Assembly (NCBI GenBank): GCA_951406725.2
Contig: OX597823.1
Location: forward strand, 38,192,001-38,256,000
Source of the DNA: Octopus vulgaris
Taxonomy: Eukaryota
Length of the DNA stretch: 64,000 nucleotides
Reading direction: 5' to 3'
Positions 1 to 13,915 of the stretch are shown one piece after another. The notes under the pieces are model-generated. The model did not search any database and was not told the origin of the DNA. It worked only from the letters and a program-made list of their open reading frames with translations. Every line of letters starts with the position of its first letter. The stretch's first letter is position 1. The translations under genes were made by a program, and so were the position numbers.

Positions 1-130
1 TCATCCCTTCAGGATCAATAAAATAAGTATCAGTTAAACACTGGGATCATTATAATTGACTTGTATCCTCACCCAAACTTCCTGGACTTATGCCAAAATT
101 TGAAACCATTATTACTATTATTAATATTAT

Positions 131-692
131 TGAGTGAGAGAGCAGTGCATGCCATCAAAGTAACACTGGGGTACAATTATATGAAGCCCAATATACCCAT
201 CAAAACTACCTGTCTGATAAGGGTACACCAGGCACATGCAGCACAACCACATGTGCATGACATGGTGATCTTATATCAAGATAAACAGTGCATGCATGAC
301 CTTGCAGGTAGGGCCCAGTTAGAATTTTCGTCTGGTTGAGTAGCCATCCTACTCAGAAGGTCCCTGAATAAGGTTTGTTTAAGGATGATGAATGAAACAC
401 CCATGTTTCCAGAGGTGAATTATCCAAACCTCCAAGAATCCCTCTCAACACATGGCTATGATGCTGCCCCACTACTTCTGCTCGTGATCAGAGATACCCA
501 TATCGTCAGCCACTAAGGGACATGCTCAACTGGATAAGGTCAAACAACTGACAAGCAAATCTGTGGTATTGAGCAGAATATTTGCTGTAGCCTATTTTTT
601 ATACCAAGACAAAACAATGTACATGATAACACTTCCAATTCATTAAGATCAGAAGCTATGAGAACCACTGCCTAGTATTGCATCAGGGAATT
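131..692 (-). mobile_element. Non-coding interspersed repeat flanked by (TTA)n on both sides
   Basis: A partial diverged second copy lies at ~24560-24726 (ttattcaaa...gagcagaatatttgct). Both ends abut TTA repeats. Orientation is inferred. Confidence 0.65.
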
Positions 693-880
693 TATTATTA
701 TTATTATTATTGTTGTTGTTGTTGTTGTTGTTGTTCTTGTAGTCATTATTAACATTTTTATTTTTAGTTATTGAGGCAATAAGATGTGTTCTTATGAGTA
801 GTGGAAATTTTGGATTTTAACTGGTGTGAATGAAATATCTCTTCAAAATTTTGGACGTTTATGAGTAAAAGACTGTCCAA

Positions 881-924
<44 letters not shown>

Positions 925-1039
925 ATGTGTTTGGTGTCTATAGCTGTCATTTTTTGGAGCAGACCTTAATTATTTACTTAACCAGACCTTCTACTGGTAA
1001 CATTCCAGTATTTATGATTATACCAGATATACACCTTCA

Positions 1040-2344
1040 GTGTATTTACTATTGCAAATACATTAATTAAACTATCAGAACTTACAGCATTTAGTATATC
1101 TTTTACAATAGTTAATATTATCAAGTCACTAAGTCGTTCTTGATTTATTGCAGCTTTCATGCATGTTAGAATTAATTCAGCTTGTTGAAGAACTCTTTCA
1201 CAACTGGTTACAAAAACCCTAAAATCTGCATTGCAGATTTTAAATTTGGTAAAACATTTTTATCGCATGAAATAATAAATGTTAGCAAATCAATTACATT
1301 GTTTGATTGAAGAAAATTGGTTCATGTTCTTCTACTTATTTACAGTCTACAGCTTTTTGTCTGTCTGTACACTCTTGGTCCAGTTATATCACTTAGTCAG
1401 TTTTTTACTAACTTAAAACATTTTTCATCACCAAAATTTCCTGAAACATTATTTTTCACATCTGGTAAAAATCCAAACTGTGAACCTAAATCTCATGAGA
1501 AAATCTTTCAGCTATTTTTGTAATCAGGTGATCAATAATATCCTTCATGATGTGACAAGTTTCCTGTTCAGCAGTCAATCCACCATCAGCTATATTTTTA
1601 CTATCAGCTATATTTTTACTTTGCATTAATTTACAATGTATTATTCTATTTTCATTAGTCAATCCCCATGTTTCACATTGATTCTTAGTCATTTTCAGTG
1701 CTTCTTGACAGAACTATGCATATGATTTTATCAATTTGGCTTTCAGACAGTCAAGATCAGGAATTGCTTCTCTAAAATTCATTTTTGGATCCTGAAGATG
1801 TTTCTGCAATTGATTGAGAAATGATAAAAGATTTCTCCAAAGATGCCAACTTCTGTGTAAGAATATTTTACAGAATATTATCTGCACTACATCTTGTTTC
1901 AATCATGTTTCGTTCTCAAAGTCCTCATAGTCATCCCATTTTCTAAAATTCTTTTGTGTACACTTACTACCACTCCACTTGTATTTTGATGTCACATTTG
2001 ACAGAAATTGTAAGTTCTGGCCACAATTTGTCTCCCCAAATTGTTGAGTGAACAGAGACATAATTATAAATTGCTTCAATTATATGAAAAAAAAAAAAAA
2101 AAAATGGTAATGACTGTGGTTACTGATTATCACAGGTTATACACACTGGTTTTGAATTTTTGTTGAGAATTCTTTGTTGAGAATTCTTTGTTGATAACCT
2201 GACATGCCACTCACATCACCATAACTCTGTCAACAACAATATCAACAACAGCAGCAGCAACAACAACAACAACAACAACAATTCATTAAAATTCTAAACA
2301 CCATCTCCTTATTATCGTTGCCATCATTATTGTTGTTATCGTTG

Positions 2345-2384
<40 letters not shown>

Positions 2385-3200
2385 TCTCCTCCTCATCACC
2401 ATCATCACTTTCATTTAATGTCTATATTCCATGCCTTCATAGGTGGACAGTTTGATAGGGTCCAACAAGTTCAAAGACTGCATCATGTTCTGATGTCTAC
2501 TTTGGTAGGGTTTCTCTGGAATCTTCAACTTCCACTTTTCATTTCTTAAAATTCATGTTGACAAACTGAATTATTTAGACCAGTTGATAGATGACAGTCT
2601 AAATCAAGTATCAAACCAAGTACTGTAGGAATCTGTTTTTCTGAACAACTGAGGAACAAGAATTTCACATGTGAAGCCATGGTTTCAGGAGAAAGATTAA
2701 ATGGTAACACTGGCTTGATTTTTCACACATTCTTTAATTAATGGTCTCTTATCACTGAATTATACTTTGTTAATAATTGAAAACATGATGGAAAATTTCT
2801 AAGGTTTTCATGTGAAGTTCAGCCATCAATATGACTATGGAATGGAAGAGTGAGAGATGCTAAATATGTGTAGAATTCAGCAAATATCACCGCAAATCTC
2901 TCCATTTTTATTTTTCATGTATTTGCCTTTGTAGATCATCCTCAATGTCCCCTTGAACACAAACTTGAACTTAGTTTCTTTCTAAAAAACGAATAACTCA
3001 AGAAACAAATAACTCATGATGGTTGTCATTATTTTGATGGGCAAATAACTTTTCAATGCTTTTCTTCTTCAGAGAAACCACATCCTATGTTTTGAAAGTA
3101 GATCAGCTATCAGATGTCAGTCATGTTGCTGGAAAAAGAAGACAGTATAAGCAGTATGTCACGTTATGCAGACAGGGTGAACTAACTAGGAATGTCTGAC
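1040..3200 (-). mobile_element. Decayed hAT-superfamily transposase
   Basis: ORF 978-1160 reads KAAINQERLSDLIILTIVKDIL...DSLINVFA, matching the hAT C-terminal dimerisation motif, and is preceded by VLPNLKSAMQIF. Fragments near 2740-3000 resemble the N-terminal region. Many stops and nested repeats. Confidence 0.65.
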
Positions 3201-3317
3201 CTCTCCTCCATTTAGACAGCATTGATTGAATCAAAATTCTGTCAATGCAGCAGCAGTAGCAACAGCAGCAATGGTAGTGGTGGTGGTGATGGCAATAGCA
3301 GCAGCAGCAGCAAGTAG

Positions 3318-3687
3318 AGGCGCAGTGGCCCAATGGTTAGGGCAGTGGACTCGTGGCCAGAAGATCGCAGTTTCAATTCCCAGACTGGGCGTTGTGTGTG
3401 TTTATTGAGTGAAAACACTTAAAGCTCCACAAGGCTCTGGCAGGGGGTGGTGGCGACCCCTGTTGTACTCTTTCGCTCCAGCTTTCTCTCACTCTTTCTT
3501 CCTGTTTCTTGTCCCCAACTTCCTACGCAACCGCTGAGCCTGGATGCACATTCAGCCATCTGTCGATGCTCTCGGTGTCGGTGGTTGACCTGTTTTCTCT
3601 TCTGCGGGTCTTACGAATAGCAAAGGACCACGTTTCGAACTTCTCCCAAGAGGACGAAGACCACTTCGCTCAACAAACAAACAAACA

Positions 3688-3688
<1 letters not shown>
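3318..3688 (+). mobile_element. tRNA-derived SINE with (ACAA)n tail
   Basis: Head ggcgcagtggcccaatggttagggcagtggactcg...gtttcaattcccaga has A/B-box-like motifs. The same head occurs on the minus strand at ~58850-59042. Confidence 0.8.
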
Positions 3689-3733
<45 letters not shown>

Positions 3734-5989
3734 GTAGTAGTAGTAGTTGCCTTTTCAGTAATTTACCACTGAATAGGCTTCAATTACGCCAAAACACCAG
3801 AGTCAAAACATTGATGTCTCTTCAAGATAGCTGAAAGCGAAGAGCTAGGTTCATGTTCAAGTTTGCGGGAATAACAACAATTGCACACAGCTATATTTTT
3901 ATTCTCATTGTTTTTCTCACCTTTAATAATTTATTGTTGCTGTTGCTGTTGTTGTTGGTGGTTCCCTAATTGTTTGCTTCTCCAAATAAATTGAAGATGT
4001 TCATGATATCACACTTTGACATTTTCTTTTTTGTTGCCTTCAAAAGGAACACTTTCTTCTCACCATCACTCCTGGCAAAAAAAGCTTTCATCAAGTTATT
4101 TGATTGTACTCCACCATTGAAAATACAATTTGTGCATACATTTGTGTCCATTGGCTACATTTTCTTTTTTTTTTTGACACAATGGACTAAAAGAATAAAT
4201 GGATAAAGACTAATTACACTATTTAATTGCAAAGTGAATACGCAAACTGTTTCAAGTCAAATGGAATTTCAGCATTCCTATCTGCTTATACCATGATGTT
4301 GAAAGAAGATCATAGCTTGTACTTAAAAAATATCTGGCAAAAAAGAAAAAAATTAAAATAAAGGGCTTTGAAATTCTCTCTAAGTCAGAGTTAAATTGAG
4401 ACAATTGGGTGCAGCTGACTGGACATTCAACCAGTTTTGGGGACAGTAATTTCTGGTGCTGGTGGCAAACTAACATACACACACATACACACATACATAC
4501 ATACATACATACATACATACATACATACATACATACATACATACATACATACATACATACATACATACATGCATGCAGATAGAGATAAGAAGAGAGGGAG
4601 AGAGAGAAGTATGACAATTTAATGGCATCAGCACTTTCCCTTCATACTCATAGAGAAATATGCTCACATGCATAAGCAGAGTGAGTGAGAGAGAGAGAGA
4701 GAGAAAGAGAGAGATTAAAAGGAGAGAAGCATTAAAATGTCTGATGTCAAATAAGTCAGCTGTGAATCAACAGTGCCTAACAGGTGGCACCAAAATTGCT
4801 GTACCAAAACATGGCCTACTCTGCCAGAGTAGTTATTTGTATGGGGTGCTCAAAGGAATCAGTTTGATGAGTCATTAGACCCAACATAAAAAAGCAGATA
4901 ATTAGTCAGGACTGTCATAATAATATAAATGTCTTTGATCTTATTCCACAAGGTTAGTTATAATTTAACCAAATCATAATTTCAACCTATTTTGTTAATT
5001 TTTTGTTAGATTGCACAATATAGGAAGGAAAAATGACAAAACAATAAAATGAAATGTATCTAATAATTATATTAAATAAATGCCATAAATATAATTTTAC
5101 TGTTGTTATTTATAGTTAAGCAGAAATAAAATTTTAGAAATTCATATTTATTTTTATAAAATGCTGTCACAAGCAACTACAGCATATCAATTTTTCTATT
5201 GAAACTGGAAAATGTGCAGTGTCTTTTTTATTATTGCAGTCAGTGGATGTTTTTGACAGCACAATTCTTTAATTCTTGCAGACATGCTTATTTTTAATGC
5301 AATCCAAAAATAAATGCCCATATGTCATGAACCAGCTTATTTTAATAAGCTGGAATTATGGATTAAATCTTGTCAGTCTATCTTTTAAGATTGAACAATC
5401 TTACATTGAACAATGTAAGATGATAATAATTAATATGAGTGATAATGATTAATATGAGCGATAATGACTAATGATTAATAATTATTAACAGTAGTAAAAG
5501 AACATATGAGACAATCTTCTCTCACCTACACATTCAATAATATTTAAAAGTGCTATTTTAAAATTACTTCAATAGAAACAAAAGATTACAGTTAAGGCCA
5601 CCCATCAGCCATCAGTTAGGTGGCCTCCCTGTATTTCTACTTCTCTCTGCACTGTGTTGTATGCATACAATCAACAAGGTTCTTGTTTCCACTCCATTCT
5701 CTGATATGTCAACAAATGTCCTTGATGGCCAAATGCCAATGGCCATCTGTATACAGCCAAATAGGATGACATTGTTTTCTATTTCCCTAATGTAAGGCAG
5801 TTGTCATCATCATCATCATCATCATTGTCATCAACATTTAACGTCCGTTTTTGTGCTGGCATGGGTTGGACAGCTTGACAAGAACTGGAAAAACTAGAGG
5901 CTGCACCTGGCTCCATGGTCTGTTTTGGCTTGGTTTTTACAACTGGATATCCCTCCAAGTGCCAAAGCAGCACCAACAACACCAGTACC

Positions 5990-6635
5990 AGCATCAACCA
6001 CCCACCACCACCACCACCACCACCACTACTACTACTACTATCACGACAATGATGATGATTATAACGATGACGATGACAACGACAATGATGACAATGACGA
6101 TGACGACAACGGCAACGACGATAATGACGACAACGATGACAACGACAATGACGACGACGATGACAACGACGATGACGATGACAACGACAACGATGACCAC
6201 CACCACCATTACTCTCCTCTAGTCACCATTCTCATTATTGCCACCTTGCTACCATCACTGCCGCTGCTGCTGCCACCACTATCACCACCACCATTACTAA
6301 TGCCACCAATACTACCACCACTGCTACTGCTGCTGCCTTCCTTTCAACATTCTGGTTTGTTGGTTATATTTTCTTTCCTCTCCTCTTCCTCGTACTCCTT
6401 ATCAGCTGCTTTACCACCACCACTACCACTGTCACCACCACTACCACTGCCACCACCACTACCTCTGCCACCACCACTACCACTGCCACCGCCACTACCA
6501 CTGCCACCACCACTACCACTGCCACCACCACTACCACTGCCATCACCACCACCACAACCATTGCCACAACCACTACAACCATCACCACAACCACTACCAC
6601 CAGCAATATTATCATCATCATCAACATCATCATTT
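5990..6635. repeat. Compound trinucleotide array with 18-bp minisatellite (ccaccactaccactgcca)n
   Basis: Direct inspection: CAC/GAC/GAT runs and 18-bp units at ~6415-6545. Confidence 0.9.
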
Positions 6636-6823
6636 TTGTATTTTACTATTTACTTTGTTTTTCTTGTATATTGTTCTTTCTTCCTGTATCACTAAAGTAA
6701 AAACAAAAATTTTTAATTACATTATTTAAACGAGGCAAGTCATACTTCAATGACAAATGAAAGGTATTTTGAATATAGCAATTCTAAATCTTGGTCTAAT
6801 GTCTCAGGTGTCCACACACAGGC

Positions 6824-6898
<75 letters not shown>

Positions 6899-7044
6899 TA
6901 TATTAGGTGTGATATTGATCTACAATCATTTCAACAGAACAGATCTGCCATCTCTACCAAAATGGGATTGCCAGAGACAGTATTGTGCTTAAAGACTGAT
7001 ATTAATTCATCTTATTTTATATTACAGTGAAACACTGACGAATT

Positions 7045-7749
7045 ATGAAAGAATGGAAGGAAGGAAAGAGGGGTGGAAGGAAGGAAGGAAGAAAGGAAGG
7101 AAGGATGGAAGGAAAGAAGGAAGGAAGGAAGGATGAGTGGATGGAGGGTTGGATGGAATTGGTGAAAGACAAAGAGAGAGAGTAAATCAAAGGGGAGAAG
7201 ATGAGTGGGAAATGAGAGTGAGAGAGAGAGTGTGAGAGATGGGATAGAAAGAGAAGGGATGTTGAGAGAGGGGATTACAGAAGAGGAAAAGAGTGAGAGA
7301 GATGGACTTGGAAATGAGAAAGATGGGTAAAAAAGGAGTGAGAGGGTAGAGAGTGTGAGATAGAAGGTTGAGGGAGAGAGAGAAGGGGTAAGGGATAGAG
7401 AAAGAGAGAGAGAGTGAGAAAGAGAGAGAGAGAGCAAGGGAGAGAAAGACAGAATGTGCAGGAGAAGAGAGAGGGAATATCGAAGAAAAAAGAAAGAGAG
7501 GAATACAGAAATGAAGGGAGAGAGGAGAGAGAGGGAAAAAGAAATAGTGTGTAAAGTAATGAAAGTGTGTCAGGTAGAGATCAAAAAAGGATAAGAAAGG
7601 GAAAAAGACAGAAAGAAAATAGACAAATGAATATTGAAAGAGAGAATTAGAAATTATATATGTGTTTGTGTGTGTGTGTGTAATATATGTGTATACATAT
7701 ATGTATGAATATCTGTGTGTGTGTGTATACATATATATATACATAAACT

Positions 7750-7796
<47 letters not shown>

Positions 7797-7816
7797 GTAT
7801 AAATATATGTAAATAT

Positions 7817-7858
<42 letters not shown>

Positions 7859-7979
7859 GGGAAAAGAGAAACAGAGAAAGCTTAAAACAATTTCTAAAGA
7901 ATAATCTAAAAAGAGGAAAAAAAAAACAATGAAACAAACATGCAGGAGAGCCAGTAAAATTAAGCAAACATAGAAAAAT

Positions 7980-8040
<61 letters not shown>
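7045..8040. repeat. GA-rich low-complexity tract with (GA)n and (TA)n microsatellites
   Basis: Direct inspection. Confidence 0.9.
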
Positions 8041-8045
<5 letters not shown>

Positions 8046-8619
8046 AGTTACTATATATAAGTGGACTGACAAAAATCTTGAACATTAGAGAACTTAACAA
8101 TCTGTTCTTGTGTTGATTGGGTAAATATTGGAATAAAAATTGTGGAAGGGTGGGAAGTAGAAATGTCGAAGAGATAAAGAAGAAGAAAATAATGAAAAGA
8201 TAGTGAAAGAACCTTCTAGAACTATAGTTACAGAATACTGCCTTTAGAAATTACTCTTTTATCACCATGATCTTTCCATCCCAGAAGACTTTTCTGGAAG
8301 GTCCTTATTTTAAGTCTATCCCCAAAATCCCATAGCAAAACAGTATTTCCTTATCTATTTCTTTAGAACTAGGAAATGTTTCAACTCTAAGCTGCTTTTG
8401 GCTATTTACAAGGTCTTAATGCATAACATTATGGTTCACATTAGCATCTCAGATGAACACCACTACTGCTCCACTGTACAAAACAACATCATCCAGTTGA
8501 CTTGAAAATTCCTCTTTACTGGAAATCTGAAAGGATCATTACCACTGTAATACTTTTGTCATCCTGAAATTGCTACCACTACTTTAATAGAATTTTGGGG
8601 AGAACTGCATGGCGGCGTT

Positions 8620-8636
8620 GGTGATGATGGTATGAG

Positions 8637-8686
<50 letters not shown>

Positions 8687-9070
8687 GTGATGATGATCAT
8701 CATCATCATTATAATCATGGTGATGATGGTGGTGATGGTATGATAATGATAATGAGGATGGTACAAGTGATGATGATGATGATGATGGTAACGGTGGTGG
8801 TAGTGGTGGTGGTGGTGGTGGTGGCGGTGTTGGTGATGATAATAATGATGGCAATGTTGTTGATGATGATGATGATGGTGATGATGGTGGTGGTGTTGTT
8901 GTTGGTGATAATAATGACGGCAATGTTGTTGATGATGAGGGTGAATTTGGTGGTGGTGGTGGTGGTGGTGGTGGTGGTATTGGTGTTGGTGATAATAATG
9001 ATGGCAATGTTGATGATGATGATGATGACAGTGATGATGACAATGATGATGATTTCCACCACCATCATCA
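8620..9070. repeat. (GAT)n/(GGT)n array with higher-order unit
   Basis: A unit like tgttggtgataataatgatggcaatgttg recurs three times (~8828, ~8900, ~8983). Confidence 0.9.
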
Positions 9071-9399
9071 TGACTCCCCTTTCCCCTCCCTCTTCCCTGT
9101 TATCCTCATCATCATCATTAACAATAACAATGGCAAAGCCTACACAGAAGCAGCTTTTAACTATAACTTAAGAACACCACACCTACTACTCACTCCCAGA
9201 CAAACAAACATGTATACAAACCTAAAACCAACAATACCATTAGTACCACACAGGCTGAAAAAACTGTATTCAGAAACAGACTAGTAAGGATAAATGGAGT
9301 GAGACATTAAGCGTAGTCCTCTCATCAAGTTTCTTTTGCCACTCTCACTATAGCTGCTACCAGACTAGACATAGGTAAAGCCACTAATGTATATATGAG

Positions 9400-9546
9400 C
9401 AAAATGGTGAGTTTTAATAAATCCTTATGGCAATGTGAATGAGGAATAAAAGGAAAAACAAAATTGCGTTAATAATAAATAATACACAAAGTCTGTTTTA
9501 TTGCTAAATCACATTGCCATAAGGTTTTATTAACTCACTGTTTTGA
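9400..9546. repeat. Small fold-back / MITE-like inverted repeat
   Basis: caaaatggtgagttttaataaatccttatggcaatgtga pairs imperfectly with tcacattgccataaggttttattaactcactgttttg. Confidence 0.7.
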
Positions 9547-9720
9547 TATAACATTGTGATGCTTCAAATGAATTATCACCATTATTTAACGTCCATGTTT
9601 CATGGTACTTAATTTACCGACCCTGGAAAGATGAAAGGCAAAGTTAACCTTGACAGAATTTAAACTCAGAATGTAGTGGCAGACAAAATACCACCACTAA
9701 TAATAATAATAATAATAATG

Positions 9721-9778
<58 letters not shown>

Positions 9779-10040
9779 CAACAACAATAATAGTTTCAAA
9801 TTATGGCACAAGGCTAGCAATTTTTGGTGGGTGGGGATTAAGTTGATAACATTGATCTCAGCGCTCAACTGGTACTTATTTTATCGACTCTGTAAGGATG
9901 AAAGGTAAAGTCAGCCCAGGCAGTATTTGAAACCAGAACCTAGAGAGCAAGGAAATAGTGCTAAACATTTTGCCCTGTGTGCAAATGATTCTACCTTAAC
10001 AACAACAACAACAGCAACAACAACAACAACAACAATAATA

Positions 10041-11047
10041 ATGAAAGAGTGGAAAACTAAATTGTATTCAAGTAATGTATTCCTTGCAGAAGTTAATATT
10101 AGCAGGGGTATCTTCCAAGGTGACTCGTTTTCTCTGTTACTATTTGTAATTGCACTAATGCCCTAACAATGACACTTGGGAAAGTTAAGATGGGTTACTG
10201 ATGTAGGAATAAAGGCCCATCATTGAACCATCTTCTGATTATGGATGACCTGAAATTGTTTGGGAAATCTGAAAAAAATTCCTTAACCAAAACAGTCTAG
10301 AAGTGTGGTAGGGGAATCAGTATGGAATTTGGGATTACCAAATGCTCAGTACTTAATATGAAAAGAGGGAAGAAAGCATCCTGCAGAGGACTGCGGTTAC
10401 CATCAGGAGAGACAATGGGTGGACCTGGCAGTAGTGGATAAAGATATTTAGGGATTTTGGAGCTGGATGACATTCTACACAGAGAAATGAAAGTCAAGTT
10501 CAGTGAGGCATATCAAAAAAGGGTGAAGATGGTGTTGAAATCCAACCTGAATGCCAAAAATTTGATTACCGGAATGAATATCTGGGCAGTTGCGGTGGTC
10601 AGATATAGTGTGTCCATCCTCAAATGGACTAAGGAGGAAATATCAACACTGGATAGAAGGACGAGAAAGTTGATGATACTGCATGAGGAGTTACACCCTA
10701 AAGCAAATGTAAACAGACAGTATATGAAAAGAAAAGAATGGTGGTAGAGGACTAATTAGTATAGATCATTGTATAAGGAGTGAAAGGAGAATGCTTGCCA
10801 AGTATTTGATAAATAGTGAAGACCTGCTGCAATATGCCATGAAAGATATGGGTGTAAATGCAGATGAAATGACGGGCAAGGAAGAGTTTAACCAGAGAAG
10901 TGAAAAAAAAGACCTTCTTGAAATGAGAATGCATGGACAGTTTGAAGCTTACCACCAAAAGCCTAATCATTGCTGCACAAGACCAGGTTTTCGCTACCAA
11001 TTGAGTGAAGTATAACATCAATAAAATTTCTGACACCCAGAAATGCA
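10041..11047 (+). mobile_element. R4/Dong-clade non-LTR retrotransposon RT fragment
   Basis: RGIFQGDSFSLLLFVIALMP; LNHLLIMDDLKLFG; YLGILE; LKSNLNAKNLITGMNIWAVAVVRYS; LDRRTRKLM...LHPKA. Frameshifted. The 5' end abuts (AAC)n(AAT)n. Confidence 0.85.
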
Positions 11048-12896
11048 AAAGACCAGCAGTTTTTAGAAGGGGAATAATTGATTATAATGACCTCAGTGCT
11101 TGACTGGTACTTGTTTCATAGCCTCTGAAAACAGGAAAGGCAAAGCTGACCTTGGTGAAATATGAACTCAGAAAGTACTGATGTTCTAAAGGTTCTGTCA
11201 GCTCACCAAATTGTTTCCAAATTTCATTCAAACATTTTCCCACTCAATAAACAAAATGTTAAGAATGATAACTACAGTAATGTACTTTCAGTTAAGATAC
11301 TAATTAAAGTATTCAAAATAACTACAGTAACATACTCTTAATTGACACTAATAATTTAAATATTCACAACATTAAAACTAAAGGGATGCAAAGTCTCATA
11401 TATTTCTTACAAGTATAAGTGTTACATAGTATCCTTTTACTTTCATATGACTAAGTTTGATATCAATATGAGAAATGCCAAAGTATGATCTCAGAGTGAG
11501 ATACTGACAGAAGGTGGCATGCTGGTCAAAATTCTTAGCAGCATTTCTGTTGGCTCTCGACATTCTGAAATCAAATCCCATGGAGGTTAACTTTGCCTTT
11601 CATCTTTTTGGAGTTCATTGAACTTACTCACCAACCACTGCTGTTCCATTGTTCCTATTACCCTCATATCTACCCCCTTGTATCTTGAAGGGGTACCTTC
11701 AAGATACAAAAGGGTGATTATGAACAAAACAAGCACTTTCTTCAATAACATGCAAATATATTATTTTGCCAAAACCAATTTCCCCAATCTAGAAGTACAA
11801 AGAATAATAATAATAATGAAAATTATTGAGATAATTTTAGAAAAGTAGGTCATATGACATCCTGTCACCACCACTTTTTCTCTGTCTTTCCAACTGGGGT
11901 ATCCGTTGTATCTCCTCTACAGCAAGAGGTCTGCTCCTATCCCTCTATCACCCTCTTATATTCTTGCATAACAACACCTGACATAATGCCACATTCCTTG
12001 ATACCATGCCCCCCCACACACACACACTCTGTTGTGACATCTTTTCTTTGTCTTTCAAATTATTTGGCAACCTCATTAATGCCAATGCTGTTGAAAAAAA
12101 GCACCCAATATACCCTGTAAAGTGGTTGGCATTAGGAAAATATCCGGCCATAGAAACCATGCCAAGGCAGACATGGGAGTGTGACAAGTTCGTCTGACAA
12201 GTTGAATTCTGTCTAAGTGTCCAATCCATACCAGCATGGAACATAGATATTAAATGATGATGATGATGTTGATGATAATGATGAATCAAATCACTGTAAT
12301 TGACTAAACCACCTCCCCTTAAAAATGCTAGCCCTGTGCTATAATTTGGAACAAAAGAAATATGAGATATTAATATCAATACATCCATGTATGACTTTAA
12401 TATTGAAGCACATAGATCCTATGTGCTTCCATATAGATAAGATAGGAGGGGGAGTATTGATCACACGACCTTCAAATCAAACTTTGTTACACTGCATTAC
12501 TGTAGTCTGGTGGATCAACCTGTAGGAAACAGCAATCAAATTCTCTCAAATCAGCCTATGTCATCTAAGAAAAGTGAAGTCACAATAGACAAGGTTATCT
12601 TATATATGCAAAAGCATAGATCTGTTTGACTACGAATTAAAACAATTATATGAACTCAATTGATTCATTAGATCCTGTCAAAATGTCCAACCCAAGCCAG
12701 CATGGAACAGGGACATTAAATGTTGATGTTGTCACTGCTGTGGTTGCTGCTGCTACTGCTGCTGTTGAGCTTTATTGACTGGTTAGCAATAGGAAGTCTA
12801 GCTGTAAAAACAACAAAAAAAAAAAACACCTTCTTCAATGATATGCATATATATTATTTTGCCAAAACCAATTTTCTCAATCTAGAAATACAGACA

Positions 12897-12945
<49 letters not shown>

Positions 12946-13679
12946 TAATAATAATGATGATGATGATGATGAAAATTGATGCAGTAAATTTGAAGGCAAT
13001 GCATTAATTCCTTGGTCAATAAACTAAATTAGATAACTAAATAGTGGTCAAGAGTGTTTATAGATACAAGCTTGAATTTAGCTTTGTCCTGGATGATACA
13101 GCAATGATTTCTAAGAAAGGACACAAAACCATAAGTTTGTTGAGGTGGGGGGTATTGTTGATTAGCTTTATTCTTATTGGGAAATAGCTCTGATATGGAG
13201 ATGGTGTAAGTTTGTGGTGTGTGTCTGGGTTGTATGTGGAGGGTGTAGAGCAGGAAGGGGCCAAATATTTCAAGGAGTGAGTCACTTGAGATATGGCCCA
13301 TCATCAGGTGGGATGCATTACAAAAAAAAATTCAAGGTAATTTTCTGTTCAGCATGCCATTTAGAAAGTCCCACATTTCATAGTTTTCCAATGATTGGTG
13401 TAGTGTGTTATTATGTGTACATGAATGAGAGTAGTGGGAGGTGACAGAAAGTGGAGGTGATTAATACGGAAGCATGTGATGAACATAACCAAACCTTATG
13501 GTACACCTGTATTTATAGAATGTGAATAGATGAAAAGAAGCCTCCATAATTGCAGTGATGGTGCAGTCTGAAAGGAAGCTTAATCTTTCAGCATTTAAAC
13601 CAGCCATATCAGGCCCAAATATTATACCAATTTTATGTACAAGCTGGCTGTATTCAGTCTCTCACACCTACCCTACGAC

Positions 13680-13915
13680 TTAGCTTCTGGCTTCATACTT
13701 TTGCTTGAAGGAACTGGGGTCATTCCAAGTTAGTGGTCCCAGAGGTGTCATCATGCATAGAGCTGACCAGGTCCACCAGTCCTCTCCATCACTAGTGGTT
13801 TCTTGCCAGCTCCTCTGCATCCTCCAAGGCAATGTCAAGCCTCTGGAGATCTTCCCCAATCATGTCGAGACATCTGGTGTAGAGTCTGCCATGAGGCCTC
13901 TTCCAGCTCATAGTT
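13680..13915 (-). mobile_element. RTE-like LINE 3' end remnant
   Basis: Minus strand reads WKRPHGRLYTRCLDMIGEDLQRLDIALEDAEELARN, typical of an RTE C-terminus. Confidence 0.6.

Noticed and set aside
630-692. Possible HDV-like ribozyme at the repeat's 5' end
   Set aside because: Two hairpins are visible, but the nested double pseudoknot could not be assembled.
3318-3392. tRNA gene
   Set aside because: It is a degenerate cloverleaf that continues into a SINE body and tail; the same applies to the other tRNA-like heads.
5851-9171. Long His/Asp/Pro/Thr-rich ORFs (e.g. 5925-6695, 8632-9171)
   Set aside because: They are open in several frames on both strands because of trinucleotide repeats, with no domain or splice support.
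13255-13385. CTGATGA and GAAA on the minus strand
   Set aside because: No consistent stem II or NUH triplet could be built.
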